A stretch of DNA of 64,000 bases. Origin: an uncultured Collinsella sp. GTDB lineage: Bacteria; Actinomycetota; Coriobacteriia; Coriobacteriales; Coriobacteriaceae. Location of the stretch: NCBI GenBank assembly GCA_959604825.1, contig CAUHCN010000004.1, positions 4,815 to 68,814 of the forward strand. The letters are read 5' to 3'. Position 1 is the first letter of the stretch. Each line of letters opens with the position of its first letter. This document shows positions 1-9,629 of this stretch, piece after piece. A program made the position numbers and the translations under genes. The notes beneath the pieces were generated by a model. That model made no database searches. It worked only from the letters and a program-made list of their open reading frames with translations, and had not been told where the DNA came from.

Positions 1-1695
1 GATGCCGCGATCTATCAGATCTACCCGCGCTCGTTTAAGGATTCGACTGGTTCGGGTCTGGGCGATATCGCGGGCATTACCCAGCAGATGGACTATCTTG
101 AGCAGCTGGGTATCGAGGCCATCTGGCTGAGCCCGTTTTACCCATCGCCTCTTGTTGATGGTGGCTATGATGTGGCGGACTACTGCGATGTCGACCCACG
201 TCTCGGCTCGCTTGACGACTTCGATGACATGATCGTTGCGGCTCACGTGCGCGGCATCAAGGTCATTGTCGACATCGTGCCTAACCATTCATCCAACCAG
301 CACCCCTGGTTTAAAGCCGCTCTTGCCGCCGGCCCCGGATCGCCCGAGCGCGCCCGTTATATCTTCCGCGATGGTCGCGGCGAGCACGGCGAACTGCCTC
401 CCACCAATTGGAATGCCAACTTTGGCGGCCCCGCCTGGACGCGTGTTGCGGACGGTCAGTGGTATCTGCACATGTTTACGCCCGAGCAGCCGGACTTTGA
501 CTGGTCATGCCCTGAGGTTCACGCGTTCTTTTGCGACGTCCTGGCGTTTTGGAGCGATCGAGGCGTCGATGGCTTTCGCATTGATGTGGCGCACGGTCTT
601 GCCAAGGATCTCGACCGCGATGACCTCGACCGGTGGCATCTCGCCGAGGGCGATGACATGGTTGACGACGGCACCCATCCGCTGTGGGACCGCAACGAGG
701 TCCACGAGATCTATCGCGAGTGGCGCCGCGTGTTCGACCGCTATGATCCGCCACGCAGCGCCGTTGCCGAGGCGTGGGTGCTGCCCGAGCGCCAGTATCT
801 CTACGCGCGTCCCAGCGAGCTTGGCCAGACATTCAACTTTGAGTTTGCCAAGGCCACTTGGACCTATGATGACATGCACGCTGCAATCGAGGAGGGCTTG
901 AAGGCAGCTATAGAATCCGATTCCGCCTCGACCTGGGTGCTCTCCAACCACGACGTGCCGCGCGTGGCGACGCGCTATGCCCTGCCGCAGATCAAGGCGA
1001 CGCGCTACCACCAGATTGCGCTCGACTGGCTCTTACGCGACGGGTCGTCTTATGACGAGGACCGTGAACTCGGCGAGCGCCGCGCGCGGGCGGCCCTTTT
1101 GCTCGAGCTGGCGCTTCCGGGCTCGGCATACGTGTATCAGGGTGAGGAGCTCGGCCTTTTTGAGGTGGCCGATATCCCGTGGGCCGCACTCGAAGATCCT
1201 ACTGCGACCAATACGCACGGACCGAAGCGCGAGAAGGGGCGAGACGGCTGCCGTGTGCCCCTGCCGTGGGTGGCGGCGGACGATCCCGCGCAGGGCGGAT
1301 CGTTTGGGTTTTCACCGGCGGACGCCGATGCGGCGCCCCATCTGCTGCAGCCTGCATGGTTTTCCGATTACGCTGCCGATAGGGAAGAAGCGGACCCGAC
1401 ATCGATGCTTGCGCTCTATCGTGACGCCCTCTGGCTGCGGCGCAAGCTGCGCGGGTGCGCCAACGATCTTAAGTGGCTTGATCTTGACGGACGCACCGGC
1501 CTTGCGGATGGTGCCGAGGGCGCTGAGGGTGGCGTCATCGCCTATCGCCGCGACAACGGCTGGGCGTGTGTGACGAACTTCGGTGCAGCACCCGTGGAGC
1601 TGCCGGCGGGCAGGGTCCTGCTCACCTCATCACCGCTTGTAGACGGCAGGCTCGCGCAGGACAGTTCTGCCTGGATCATGCTCGCTGAGTTGTAG
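1..1695 (+). CDS. GH13 alpha-glucosidase/oligo-1,6-glucosidase (5' end outside the window)
   Basis: Frame is open from base 1 (DAAIYQIYPRSFKDS...GDIAGI); GH13 motifs DGGYDVADY, DIVPNH, DGFRIDVAH, VAEAW, SNHD, YQGEELG, GRDGCRVPLPW. Confidence 0.93.
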   Translation, partial: DAAIYQIYPRSFKDSTGSGLGDIAGITQQMDYLEQLGIEAIWLSPFYPSPLVDGGYDVADYCDVDPRLGSLDDFDDMIVAAHVRGIKVIVDIVPNHSSNQHPWFKAALAAGPGSPERARYIFRDGRGEHGELPPTNWNANFGGPAWTRVADGQWYLHMFTPEQPDFDWSCPEVHAFFCDVLAFWSDRGVDGFRIDVAHGLAKDLDRDDLDRWHLAEGDDMVDDGTHPLWDRNEVHEIYREWRRVFDRYDPPRSAVAEAWVLPERQYLYARPSELGQTFNFEFAKATWTYDDMHAAIEEGLKAAIESDSASTWVLSNHDVPRVATRYALPQIKATRYHQIALDWLLRDGSSYDEDRELGERRARAALLLELALPGSAYVYQGEELGLFEVADIPWAALEDPTATNTHGPKREKGRDGCRVPLPWVAADDPAQGGSFGFSPADADAAPHLLQPAWFSDYAADREEADPTSMLALYRDALWLRRKLRGCANDLKWLDLDGRTGLADGAEGAEGGVIAYRRDNGWACVTNFGAAPVELPAGRVLLTSSPLVDGRLAQDSSAWIMLAEL

Positions 1696-1795
1696 GGGCC
1701 TCTTGCGGCGAGTTTGCGTTTGCCTGTGCTTTCCGTGGTGGCTGATGTCTTTGCGAGGTTCGCGAGGGCGTCGCAAAACTTTTCAAAAAAAGTTC

Positions 1796-1824
1796 TTGCA
1801 TAGGATGCGGGTATCACGTAAGAT
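1796..1824 (+). promoter_or_regulatory. sigma70-type promoter for the tRNA pair
   Basis: TTGCAT-N17-TAAGAT with an upstream A-tract, 12 nt before tRNA-Gly. Confidence 0.7.
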
Positions 1825-1836
1825 TAATCCTCGTAA

Positions 1837-1912
1837 GCGGACATGGCTCAGTTGGTAGAGCACAACCTTGCCAAGGTTGGGGTCGCGGGTTCGAGCCCCG
1901 TTGTCCGCTCCA
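1837..1912 (+). tRNA. tRNA-Gly(GCC)
   Basis: GCGGACA acceptor stem, D-loop AGTTGGTAGA, anticodon arm CAACC-TTGCCAA-GGTTG, GGTTCGA T-loop, encoded CCA. Confidence 0.97.
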
Positions 1913-1915
1913 TTT

Positions 1916-1990
1916 GGGCGTTTAGCTCAGGGGGAGAGCGCTTCCCTGACACGGAAGAGGTCAGAAGTTCAAATCTTCTAACGCCCACCA
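1916..1990 (+). tRNA. tRNA-Val(GAC)
   Basis: GGGCGTT...AACGCCC acceptor stem, anticodon arm CTTCC-CTGACAC-GGAAG, GTTCAAAT T-loop, encoded CCA. Confidence 0.96.
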
Positions 1991-1998
1991 AATGTTCG

Positions 1999-2034
1999 CA
2001 GCTCAGAGGCATCGCCTCTGGGCTGTTTTGTTTT
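1999..2034 (+). terminator. intrinsic terminator after the tRNAs
   Basis: CAGCTCAGAGGC-ATC-GCCTCTGGGCTG followed by TTTTGTTTT. Confidence 0.75.
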
Positions 2035-2035
2035 G

Positions 2036-2069
2036 GTCGCCAAATGGGTCGCCAAATACGTCACCAAAT
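2036..2069. repeat. three direct 10-mers GTC(G/A)CCAAAT at 12-bp period
   Basis: GTCGCCAAAT at 2036 and 2048, GTCACCAAAT at 2060. Confidence 0.8.
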
Positions 2070-2396
2070 TTCGAGTTTTTGATCTTCCGGGATGCCTCTC
2101 AGTAGTCATCCGAGGAAACTCTCATCTTCTCCGTTTGCATACACATATCTTTCAAGGATTCGTGCCGCGGTTGCATGAGGCTCGGCAAGGCATGACCGCA
2201 ACATGTTGGTCAAGCATAATCTTTTGGATTCTTTTGGCGTGAGCGGCTTGGTTTTGGTAGGATTTGTCAGCGGCTTGACTAAGGGGGTTTTATAACTGCC
2301 ATGCAGGTAGCCGTGTTGGTAACGTTTTACCGACTTGTCAAATACCCCTCATTTTTAATGCGTCTGCAAAATGACTAATTGCTTTGACCTGCTGAA

Positions 2397-2444
2397 ACAC
2401 TATATGTTGTGTTTGATCTAAAAAAAGAATACAGGATATAGATG
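2397..2444. promoter_or_regulatory. tandem NrdR boxes
   Basis: ACACTATATGTTGTGT (2397-2412) and weaker ATACAGGATATAGATG (2429-2444), starts 32 bp apart, upstream of nrdD; match to acaCwAtATaTwGtgt. Confidence 0.85.
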
Positions 2445-2669
2445 CCTCTTTGTCGTATGATAGATGGCGGACAGAGAACGAAGACCTTAACTGCCTCTTT
2501 TGAACGTATCCTTGAGCCGCTTGATCGGCTCCTGGGAATGTCCGCATGGAGGCTTATGGTTTATCGAGAACACAGATTGCGCGACGGCGCCGCAAGACAG
2601 GGGCAAGCCCTGCCGGGCATCGTTTGGCTCTGAAGCGCAATGAGGCTACGATGCGAAAGAGGCAAGAGG

Positions 2670-4892
2670 ATGAAGATCATCAAGCGCAGCGGCACCGAGG
2701 TTGTCTTTGACATCGATAAGATCGTCAATGCCATCCGCGCCGCCAACTTGGAGGTCGAGGAGAGCTCTCGTCTAACCGACCGCCAGGTGGTTTACGCGGC
2801 ACAAAACGTCGCCGAGGCATGTGAGAACGCGGGCCACACCGTTTCGGTCGAGGAGATCCAGGATTTGGTCGAGGACGAGATCATGCGTCTCGACTGCTAC
2901 GAGGTTGCCCGCCACTACATCATCTATCGCTATGTCCAGAGCCTGAAGCGCCAGAAGAACACGACCGACGACAAGATTCTGTCGCTCATCGAGTGCAACA
3001 ACGAAGAGGTCAAGCAGGAGAACTCCAACAAGAACCCGACCGTCAATTCCGTTCAGCGTGACTACATGGCCGGCGAGATTTCCAAGGACCTGACTCAGCG
3101 TGTGCTGCTGCCCCAGGAGATCGTGGATGCTCACAATGAGGGTCTGATCCACTTCCATGATTCGGACTACTTTGCCCAGCACATGCATAACTGCGACCTG
3201 GTGAACCTGGAGGATATGCTCCAGAACGGTACTGTTATCTCGGGTACGCTGATTGAGAAGCCGCACAGCTTCTCGACGGCTTGCAACATCGCGACGCAGA
3301 TCATCGCCCAGGTTGCTTCCTCCCAGTACGGTGGCCAGTCGATTTCGCTGACCCATCTTGCCCCGTTCGTCGAGGTGAGCCGTCAAAAGATTCGCGGCGA
3401 GGTCGCCCGCGAGCTCGAGGAGCTCGGCGTTTCCGCATCTCCCGAAAAGGTCCGCGAGGTTGTTGAGGACCGCCTGCGTGACGAGATCCGTCGCGGCGTC
3501 CAGACGATTCAGTATCAGGTCGTGACCCTTATGACCACCAACGGCCAGGCGCCGTTCGTGACGGTCTTCATGTATCTCAACGAGGCTCGCTCAGCGCAGG
3601 AGAAGCACGACCTTGCCATGATCGTGGAGGAGACGCTTCGTCAGCGCTACGAGGGCGTTAAGAACGAAGCCGGCGTGTGGATTACCCCGGCATTCCCCAA
3701 GCTTATCTATGTACTCGAGGACGATAACGTTCACGAGAATTCCCCGTACTTCTACCTGACCCAGCTGGCTGCCAAGTGCACCGCCAAGCGCATGGTGCCC
3801 GACTACATCTCCGAGAAGAAGATGCGCGAGCTCAAGCTGTCTAAGGGCGAGACCGCCGGCAACGGCGATTGCTACACCTGCATGGGTTGCCGCAGCTTCT
3901 TGACGCCCGACCGCTCGGGCAACGGCTTTAACAATGTCGCCAACGCGCTGAACTATGACCCGACCAAACCTAAGTACTATGGCCGCTTTAACCAGGGTGT
4001 TGTGACCATCAACCTGCCCGATGTCGCGCTGAGCTCGCATCAGGACATGGACAAGTTCTGGAAGATCTTCGACGAGCGCCTTGAGCTGTGCCACCGTGCC
4101 CTGCTGTGCCGTCATGAGCGCCTGATGGGTACGCTTTCGGATGCCGCGCCGATTCTTTGGCAGTACGGCGCCCTGGCGCGTCTGAAGAAGGGCGAGACGA
4201 TCGACAAACTGCTCGTGGGCGGATACTCTACCATCAGCCTGGGCTATGCTGGCCTGTATGAGTGCGTCAAGTACATGACGGGCCACAGCCACACCGAGAA
4301 GGAAGGCACGCCGTTTGCCATGGCCGTCATGCAGCGCATGAACGACAAGTGCGCCGAGTGGAAGGCCGAAAGCGATATCGATTTCTCGCTGTACGGTACG
4401 CCGTTGGAGTCGACGACCTACAAGTTCGCCAAGTGCCTGCAGCGTCGTTTTGGCATTATTCCGGGCGTGACGGACAAGGGCTACATTACCAACAGCTATC
4501 ACGTCCATGTGTCCGAGGAGATCGATGCCTTCGACAAGCTTAAGTTTGAGGGCATGTTCCAGCAGCTTTCGCCGGGCGGTGCTATCTCCTACGTTGAGGT
4601 TCCCAACATGCAGGACAACCTCAAGGCTGTCATTCGCGTGATGCAGTACATCTACGACAACATCATGTACGCCGAGCTCAACACCAAGAGCGATTACTGC
4701 CAGGTGTGCGGCTACGATGGCGAGATCAAGATTGTCGAGGATGACGGCAAGCTGGTGTGGGAGTGCCCCAGCTGCGGCAACCGCGACCAGGAGAAGATGA
4801 ACGTCGCTCGTCGTACGTGCGGCTACATCGGTACCCAGTTCTGGAACCAGGGTCGAACCGAGGAGATCCGCGACCGCGTGCTGCATCTCTAA
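2670..4892 (+). CDS. nrdD: anaerobic ribonucleoside-triphosphate reductase (class III)
   Basis: N-terminal ATP cone (MKIIKRSG), CMGCRS, GRFNQGVVTINL, two C-terminal CxxC motifs, glycyl-radical motif RTCGYIG. Confidence 0.97.
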   Translation: MKIIKRSGTEVVFDIDKIVNAIRAANLEVEESSRLTDRQVVYAAQNVAEACENAGHTVSVEEIQDLVEDEIMRLDCYEVARHYIIYRYVQSLKRQKNTTDDKILSLIECNNEEVKQENSNKNPTVNSVQRDYMAGEISKDLTQRVLLPQEIVDAHNEGLIHFHDSDYFAQHMHNCDLVNLEDMLQNGTVISGTLIEKPHSFSTACNIATQIIAQVASSQYGGQSISLTHLAPFVEVSRQKIRGEVARELEELGVSASPEKVREVVEDRLRDEIRRGVQTIQYQVVTLMTTNGQAPFVTVFMYLNEARSAQEKHDLAMIVEETLRQRYEGVKNEAGVWITPAFPKLIYVLEDDNVHENSPYFYLTQLAAKCTAKRMVPDYISEKKMRELKLSKGETAGNGDCYTCMGCRSFLTPDRSGNGFNNVANALNYDPTKPKYYGRFNQGVVTINLPDVALSSHQDMDKFWKIFDERLELCHRALLCRHERLMGTLSDAAPILWQYGALARLKKGETIDKLLVGGYSTISLGYAGLYECVKYMTGHSHTEKEGTPFAMAVMQRMNDKCAEWKAESDIDFSLYGTPLESTTYKFAKCLQRRFGIIPGVTDKGYITNSYHVHVSEEIDAFDKLKFEGMFQQLSPGGAISYVEVPNMQDNLKAVIRVMQYIYDNIMYAELNTKSDYCQVCGYDGEIKIVEDDGKLVWECPSCGNRDQEKMNVARRTCGYIGTQFWNQGRTEEIRDRVLHL

Positions 4893-4903
4893 TACCGCTC
4901 CGG

Positions 4904-5042
4904 GGCTGAACCGAGAGGGCCGCTTGGGCATTTGCTCGCTATTTCGGACAGTCCTGCGCAAGACGAAGGCCACATTAAGTGGCCTTCTTTGCGTGCGGAA
5001 CTCATATCGAGCAAAAGCCCAAGCGGCCCTCTCGGCTCAGCC
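4904..5042. repeat. about 140-bp imperfect palindrome between nrdD and nrdG
   Basis: GGCTGAACCGAGAGGGCCGCTTGGGCATTTGCTCG pairs with CGAGCAAAAGCCCAAGCGGCCCTCTCGGCTCAGCC; apex GAAGGCCAC-ATTAA-GTGGCCTTC. Confidence 0.85.
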
Positions 5043-5319
5043 AAGTTGACGTAGCTGAGATGCAGCGCGCGGTCTGCTCACTCCTCGAAGTTCTTAGCGG
5101 AAATAATTCGAGCTGCAGCTGCGATTTACTTGCGATGGCGGTTGAGCCGCAACCCAGTTTTTATTGGACCTCGAACCCTATACTCGATGTTCGCTTCGTT
5201 CATTGAGTTGCCTTTTGCATGAGGCCGGGACATATCGTCCCGCCCGCAGTTTCGCAGGCCGCAGGCCGAGAATGTTTGAGGACGGGATGATATGCTCCAG
5301 ACCCCCAGGAAGGTTACTT

Positions 5320-5901
5320 ATGAACTACGCGAACATTAAGTATTTCGACATTGCTGATGGAGAAGGCGTCCGCACTTCTCTGTTTGTGAGCGGGTGCCGT
5401 CGTGGCTGCAAGAATTGCTTTAACTCCGTCGCGTGGGACTTTGCCGCGGGCGAGCCGTTTGATCGTGCCGTCGAGGACAAGATTATCGAGAGCCTCGATC
5501 ATCCCTTTATCGATGGTCTGACGATTCTGGGCGGCGAGCCTATGGAGCCCGAGAATCAGGCGGGGCTCGTTGATTTCATTGAGCGCGTGCGCGCGGCTTA
5601 CCCGGTGGAGTCGGGGAAGACTATTTGGTGCTTTACCGGTGACGTGCTCGAGGAGCTTATGCCGGGTGGTCGTCACCATACTGAGGTGACGGACCGTATC
5701 CTTGCCTGCCTCGACATGTTGGTGGATGGCCCGTTTGTTCAGGATCTTTATGATATCTCGTTGCGCTTTAGGGGTTCGAGCAATCAGCGCGTGATTGATA
5801 TGAACGCCACGCGTGCCCGTGCCGAGCGTGAGAACGTTGCGCTTTGCGACGCCGTGGAGCTTTGGCGGGACGATCCGGTCTATTCGACCCATACTATGTA
5901 G
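5320..5901 (+). CDS. nrdG: anaerobic RNR activating radical SAM protein
   Basis: DIADGEGVRTSLFVSGCRRGCKNCFN, GGEP, DGPF, FRGSSNQR. Confidence 0.95.
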   Translation: MNYANIKYFDIADGEGVRTSLFVSGCRRGCKNCFNSVAWDFAAGEPFDRAVEDKIIESLDHPFIDGLTILGGEPMEPENQAGLVDFIERVRAAYPVESGKTIWCFTGDVLEELMPGGRHHTEVTDRILACLDMLVDGPFVQDLYDISLRFRGSSNQRVIDMNATRARAERENVALCDAVELWRDDPVYSTHTM

Positions 5902-5967
5902 CTTGTGGTCGATGCCGGAGGGCGTGGTACCATAGTGCGAACGTGAAATCGGAAAAGTGAGGCCCAG

Positions 5968-6525
5968 ATGGTCGATCAGGAAAAAGTCGAGGCCGCCATT
6001 AAGCTGTTGCTTGAGGGCATAGGCGAGGACCCAACTCGTGAGGGCCTGCTGGAGACCCCGGCGCGCGTTGCCCGTATGTATGGTGAGATCGCCGGCGGCA
6101 TGGACCAGAGTGCCGAGGAGCACCTGTTCAAAACCTTTGCCGTCGCTTCGAACGATTTGGTTATCGAGCGCGACATTACGTTCTACTCGCTGTGCGAACA
6201 TCATCTGCTGCCGTTTTATGGCAAGGCCGCCATTGGTTATATCCCTAACGGTCGGGTGGCTGGGCTTTCCAAGCTCGCCCGCACGGTTGAGGTTTATGCC
6301 CGCCGTCTTCAGCTGCAGGAGCAACTGTGCACACAGGTTGCCGATGCCCTCATGGATTATCTCGCTCCCCAGGGAGCGATTGTGTTGATGGAGGCCGAGC
6401 ATATGTGCATGACGATGCGTGGCGTGCAAAAGCCCGGCACCAAGACCGTGACGCTTGCTCGCCGCGGCGTCTTTGAGACCGATCCCGCGCTCGAGGAGCG
6501 TTTCTTTAGGATGCTGGGCCGCTAA
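5968..6525 (+). CDS. folE: GTP cyclohydrolase I
   Basis: [37 protein letters not shown]. Confidence 0.96.
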   Translation: MVDQEKVEAAIKLLLEGIGEDPTREGLLETPARVARMYGEIAGGMDQSAEEHLFKTFAVASNDLVIERDITFYSLCEHHLLPFYGKAAIGYIPNGRVAGLSKLARTVEVYARRLQLQEQLCTQVADALMDYLAPQGAIVLMEAEHMCMTMRGVQKPGTKTVTLARRGVFETDPALEERFFRMLGR

Positions 6526-6527
6526 CC

Positions 6528-7109
6528 ATGAGAGTCGTCAACGACTTTACATCGAAGACCGATGAGGGGACGTCGCGTCGCGGCTTTATGGCTTCGGGCC
6601 TGGCCCCCTTTGGTGCCATGCCTCGCATTGATTACATTTGTGCCAACGGGCTGTTCCGGCGGCACCTGGGCAACATCGTACAGTTGGAATCGGGGCGCAT
6701 CTTCTGCCGCCACGGTATTGACCATCTGCTCGATGTCGCTCGCATTATGTGGATCAAGAATCTCGAGGAGCAGCTCGAATTTGACCGCGAGGTCATCTAC
6801 GCCACGGCACTTCTTCACGATATCGGCAAAGATGAACAGTATGAATCGGGTATATCCCATGATGTTGCAAGCGAACGCGTCGCTGATGCGATTCTCGGCG
6901 GCATGCCCGATGATGTGGCGTTTGAGCCGGCCGATGCCGCAGCCATTAAGACGGCCATTCTGGGCCATCGAAAGCTGCGCGTGAACAGCCAACCGCTTGA
7001 GCGTCTGCTCTATGCGGCCGACAAAGCGTCGCGCGCCTGCTTTGCATGCCCCGCGCGCAATGCTTGCAACTGGAGCGATGATAAAAAGAACCTGTCGATT
7101 CGCGTGTAG
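6528..7109 (+). CDS. HD-domain phosphohydrolase (start uncertain)
   Basis: H...HD...H...D pattern (DHLLDV, LLHDIGK, ILGH, YAAD) and a Cys-rich C-terminus; lies between folE and folB. Confidence 0.8.
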   Translation: MRVVNDFTSKTDEGTSRRGFMASGLAPFGAMPRIDYICANGLFRRHLGNIVQLESGRIFCRHGIDHLLDVARIMWIKNLEEQLEFDREVIYATALLHDIGKDEQYESGISHDVASERVADAILGGMPDDVAFEPADAAAIKTAILGHRKLRVNSQPLERLLYAADKASRACFACPARNACNWSDDKKNLSIRV

Positions 7110-7152
7110 TTAGTTTGCGCGGTCGGGGTTCTAAACGAAGGAGACGATCGCG

Positions 7153-7638
7153 ATGAGTAACAAGAAACTGCCCGAGAATGCAACCAAGACTGAAGGCGCC
7201 GAGCTCGCCCGCCGTGGAAGGGGCGAAATATCCACCGCAACGGCGGTGCCCCATGTGAGCTATGACGATTTGCGCCATGCCGATCGTATTGTCATTGACG
7301 GCCTTGAGGTTTTTGCCAACCATGGCGTGTATCCCGAGGAGAACGCGCTGGGTCAGAAGTTCATCGTTTCTCTGGTGCTCTATGCCGACCTGCGCGCGGC
7401 GGGGGAGCACGATAACCTGGATGCCTCGATTGACTACGGCTCGGTGTGCCACGATGTTGATGGCTATCTGCGCGAGCACACGTTTAAACTCATCGAGGCG
7501 GCAGCCGAGGGTGTGGCCCAGATGCTGCTGCGTCGTTATCCCTCGCTGCTTGGTGTGCGCATCAAGCTCGATAAGCCGTGGGCTCCTGTTGGCCTGCCCC
7601 TGGCAAGCTGCGGCGTCGAGATCGAGCGCGTGCGTTAG
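7153..7638 (+). CDS. folB: dihydroneopterin aldolase
   Basis: DRIVIDGLEVFANHGVYPEE, IDYG, KLIEAAAE, KP motif. Confidence 0.9.
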   Translation: MSNKKLPENATKTEGAELARRGRGEISTATAVPHVSYDDLRHADRIVIDGLEVFANHGVYPEENALGQKFIVSLVLYADLRAAGEHDNLDASIDYGSVCHDVDGYLREHTFKLIEAAAEGVAQMLLRRYPSLLGVRIKLDKPWAPVGLPLASCGVEIERVR

Positions 7639-7644
7639 GCGACG

Positions 7645-8454
7645 CTAGAGCTCGTCGGCGGGCGGTTTTTTGAGCCGCTGCGACAGGGCTCTATTGTCGG
7701 GGCAGTACGTGTCGAGCAGGGCATGGAACCGTTGATTGTGGCTCGGCTCGAGCAGATGAACGAGCTCGTGGGCGACAACCATGTCGAGGCATTCGACAGG
7801 GTAGGCGGCCAGTTCGCGTGCGATGCGAATGGCGCCGGTTTTGGGCGTGCATGAGCCCCAGCGCGTCTTCATACTGCGCACGGAGGCGCGGGAGACGGCG
7901 ACACCCATTGCGATTTCGTACGCGTGCACCATATCGCGCAGCGCCGATGTGACCTCGGACGTATAGAGCTGGTCGATGTGGGCTTGGAGCTCGTCGGACG
8001 TTAGGCCGTCGAGGATTGCGCGCCGCTTGGCCTGTGGGCCTTCGTCCGATTCGTCGGTACCCATAAAACTTGCGAAGGTGGCCTGCTTGGGCCGCGGTGC
8101 GGGCGATGCAAAGTTGTGATCGAGTGCGTCCTGTACCGTGATGGGCTTGCCCCAAAGTGCAATGATGGACGAGGGGCTGAGCGGCTCTCGCGCCGTCGCC
8201 TGACGTTGCTCGCGCTGGGCAAGTCGGCCGATAATCCAGGCGCTGTTGCGCTTCACAAACGCTTCGATGCGCTCGCGACCGGCGCCGAGCGGTGCGCTGG
8301 CGTGGACCTCACCGCTCGATGTGACGCGTAGGTTGAAGTTCTTGACGCGTTTTTTGGTAACGATGACGGGCAAGGCCGTCCCATCCGGTCGAGATACGGA
8401 AATCGTAAATTGCTGCGTCAAAAGCGGTCCTTTGGGTTGGGGACGGGCCGGCAT
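7645..8454 (-). CDS. YgjP/DUF45-like zinc metallopeptidase
   Basis: MKTRWGSC, VVAHELVHL (HExxH), HNQRF. Confidence 0.85.
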   Translation of the reverse strand: MPARPQPKGPLLTQQFTISVSRPDGTALPVIVTKKRVKNFNLRVTSSGEVHASAPLGAGRERIEAFVKRNSAWIIGRLAQREQRQATAREPLSPSSIIALWGKPITVQDALDHNFASPAPRPKQATFASFMGTDESDEGPQAKRRAILDGLTSDELQAHIDQLYTSEVTSALRDMVHAYEIAMGVAVSRASVRSMKTRWGSCTPKTGAIRIARELAAYPVECLDMVVAHELVHLLEPSHNQRFHALLDTYCPDNRALSQRLKKPPADEL

Positions 8455-8495
8455 GTCGACCGTTCGGCATGCCGGCCCGCTCAAGGGATGTGAAA

Positions 8496-9509
8496 CTAAT
8501 AACGCTCAAAGAAGGCAAGCGCGTTGTCGCTGCAGAGCTTTTGCATCACGGTCTTGCCAAAGTGCTTGGAGAGCATGTTCTGGAACTCGGGCATCATGCT
8601 GGCATCGGAGAGGAAAGCGGGCACCGTGGCGCCGTCCCAGTCGCCGCCGAGCGCGATGACATCTTCGCCGCCCAGGTCGAGCCAGTGCTCGATATGGGCC
8701 GCCAGCTGGTCGAAGGTGACATCTGCAGCGGTCTCGTCGGTTGCTTCGTTAGACAGGAACTCGCTGCAGTAGTTGAGGCCGACGATGCCGCCCATGTCGC
8801 GAATGGTGCGGAACTGGTCGTCGGTAAGGTTGCGCTTGACGCCGCAAACCGCACGGGAGTTGGAGTGGCTGGCGACGAAGGGGCGCGTGGCGCGGGCGGC
8901 AACTTCGTCAAAGCACTCGTCGTTAAGATGGGAGACGTCAAGCACCATGCCGGCGTGCTCCATCTGCGTAAGCGCCTCGATGCCGGCGGCGGTGAGGCCG
9001 GCGTGGGTATCGTGTCCGCTCGCGAGCGGTCCCTGCGCATTCCAGCTGAGTGATGACATGAGCACGCCCAAGCTCTTGAGCACCTCGATCAGCGCGGGGT
9101 CCTCGGCAAAGAACGTGGCGTTTTCGATAGTGTGGATGCAGGCGACCTTGCCGCCCTTGAGCGCAGGGCGAATGTCGGCGGCGCTGCGTACGTTGACCAT
9201 GCGGTCGTGGTTGAGCATTGCCTGGCCGCTCATGTGCGCCATGATCTGCGCTTGGAAGCGCGCGGCGTGGGCGGTGGGAATCTCGTCGGGGACAAACGTG
9301 GCGAAGCACTGTGCCCACGGCGTATTGCCGATCTTTGCGAGCGAGATGGCGCAGGCGTTGCCCTCGATGAGGTCGAAATCCTGCGGATGCGTTTCGTCGC
9401 CGGGGAAATACCCGTCGGTGCCCGCGGTAAAGCGCAGGTCGAGATCGAGCGTGGCCCAGCCGATGCGGTCGGCGGTGTCGCAGTGTAGGTCAAATACGGG
9501 AAATGCCAT
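8496..9509 (-). CDS. membrane/renal dipeptidase (M19)
   Basis: DLHCD, IEN, DVSHL, ASHSN, RNLTD, GGDWDG. Confidence 0.88.
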   Translation of the reverse strand: MAFPVFDLHCDTADRIGWATLDLDLRFTAGTDGYFPGDETHPQDFDLIEGNACAISLAKIGNTPWAQCFATFVPDEIPTAHAARFQAQIMAHMSGQAMLNHDRMVNVRSAADIRPALKGGKVACIHTIENATFFAEDPALIEVLKSLGVLMSSLSWNAQGPLASGHDTHAGLTAAGIEALTQMEHAGMVLDVSHLNDECFDEVAARATRPFVASHSNSRAVCGVKRNLTDDQFRTIRDMGGIVGLNYCSEFLSNEATDETAADVTFDQLAAHIEHWLDLGGEDVIALGGDWDGATVPAFLSDASMMPEFQNMLSKHFGKTVMQKLCSDNALAFFERY

Positions 9510-9629
9510 AGTTCCTCCGGTTGCAGCGTTTCTTTGCAAACTGTCCTTGAATTGTATGACTAGGGTATAGTTAGCGCCATATGTTCATGGCGGTCCGCGT
9601 TGTGCGCCGCCCTTATCACGGAGGTTACC

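Noticed and set aside
1843..2082. 79-aa ORF in the track
   Set aside because: It is a translation of the two tRNA genes.
2441..2669. Cobalamin riboswitch upstream of nrdD
   Set aside because: Plausible by context, but the conserved B12-box elements (GCCACTG, GGGAAG, AGYCAGRAGACC) were not found.
3591..4973. Long antisense ORFs (also 15209-16849, 30730-32481, 35724-37214, 49582-50814, 59619-61325, 61647-62912, 63090-63980)
   Set aside because: Shadow frames of well-supported high-GC genes; no motifs or RBS.
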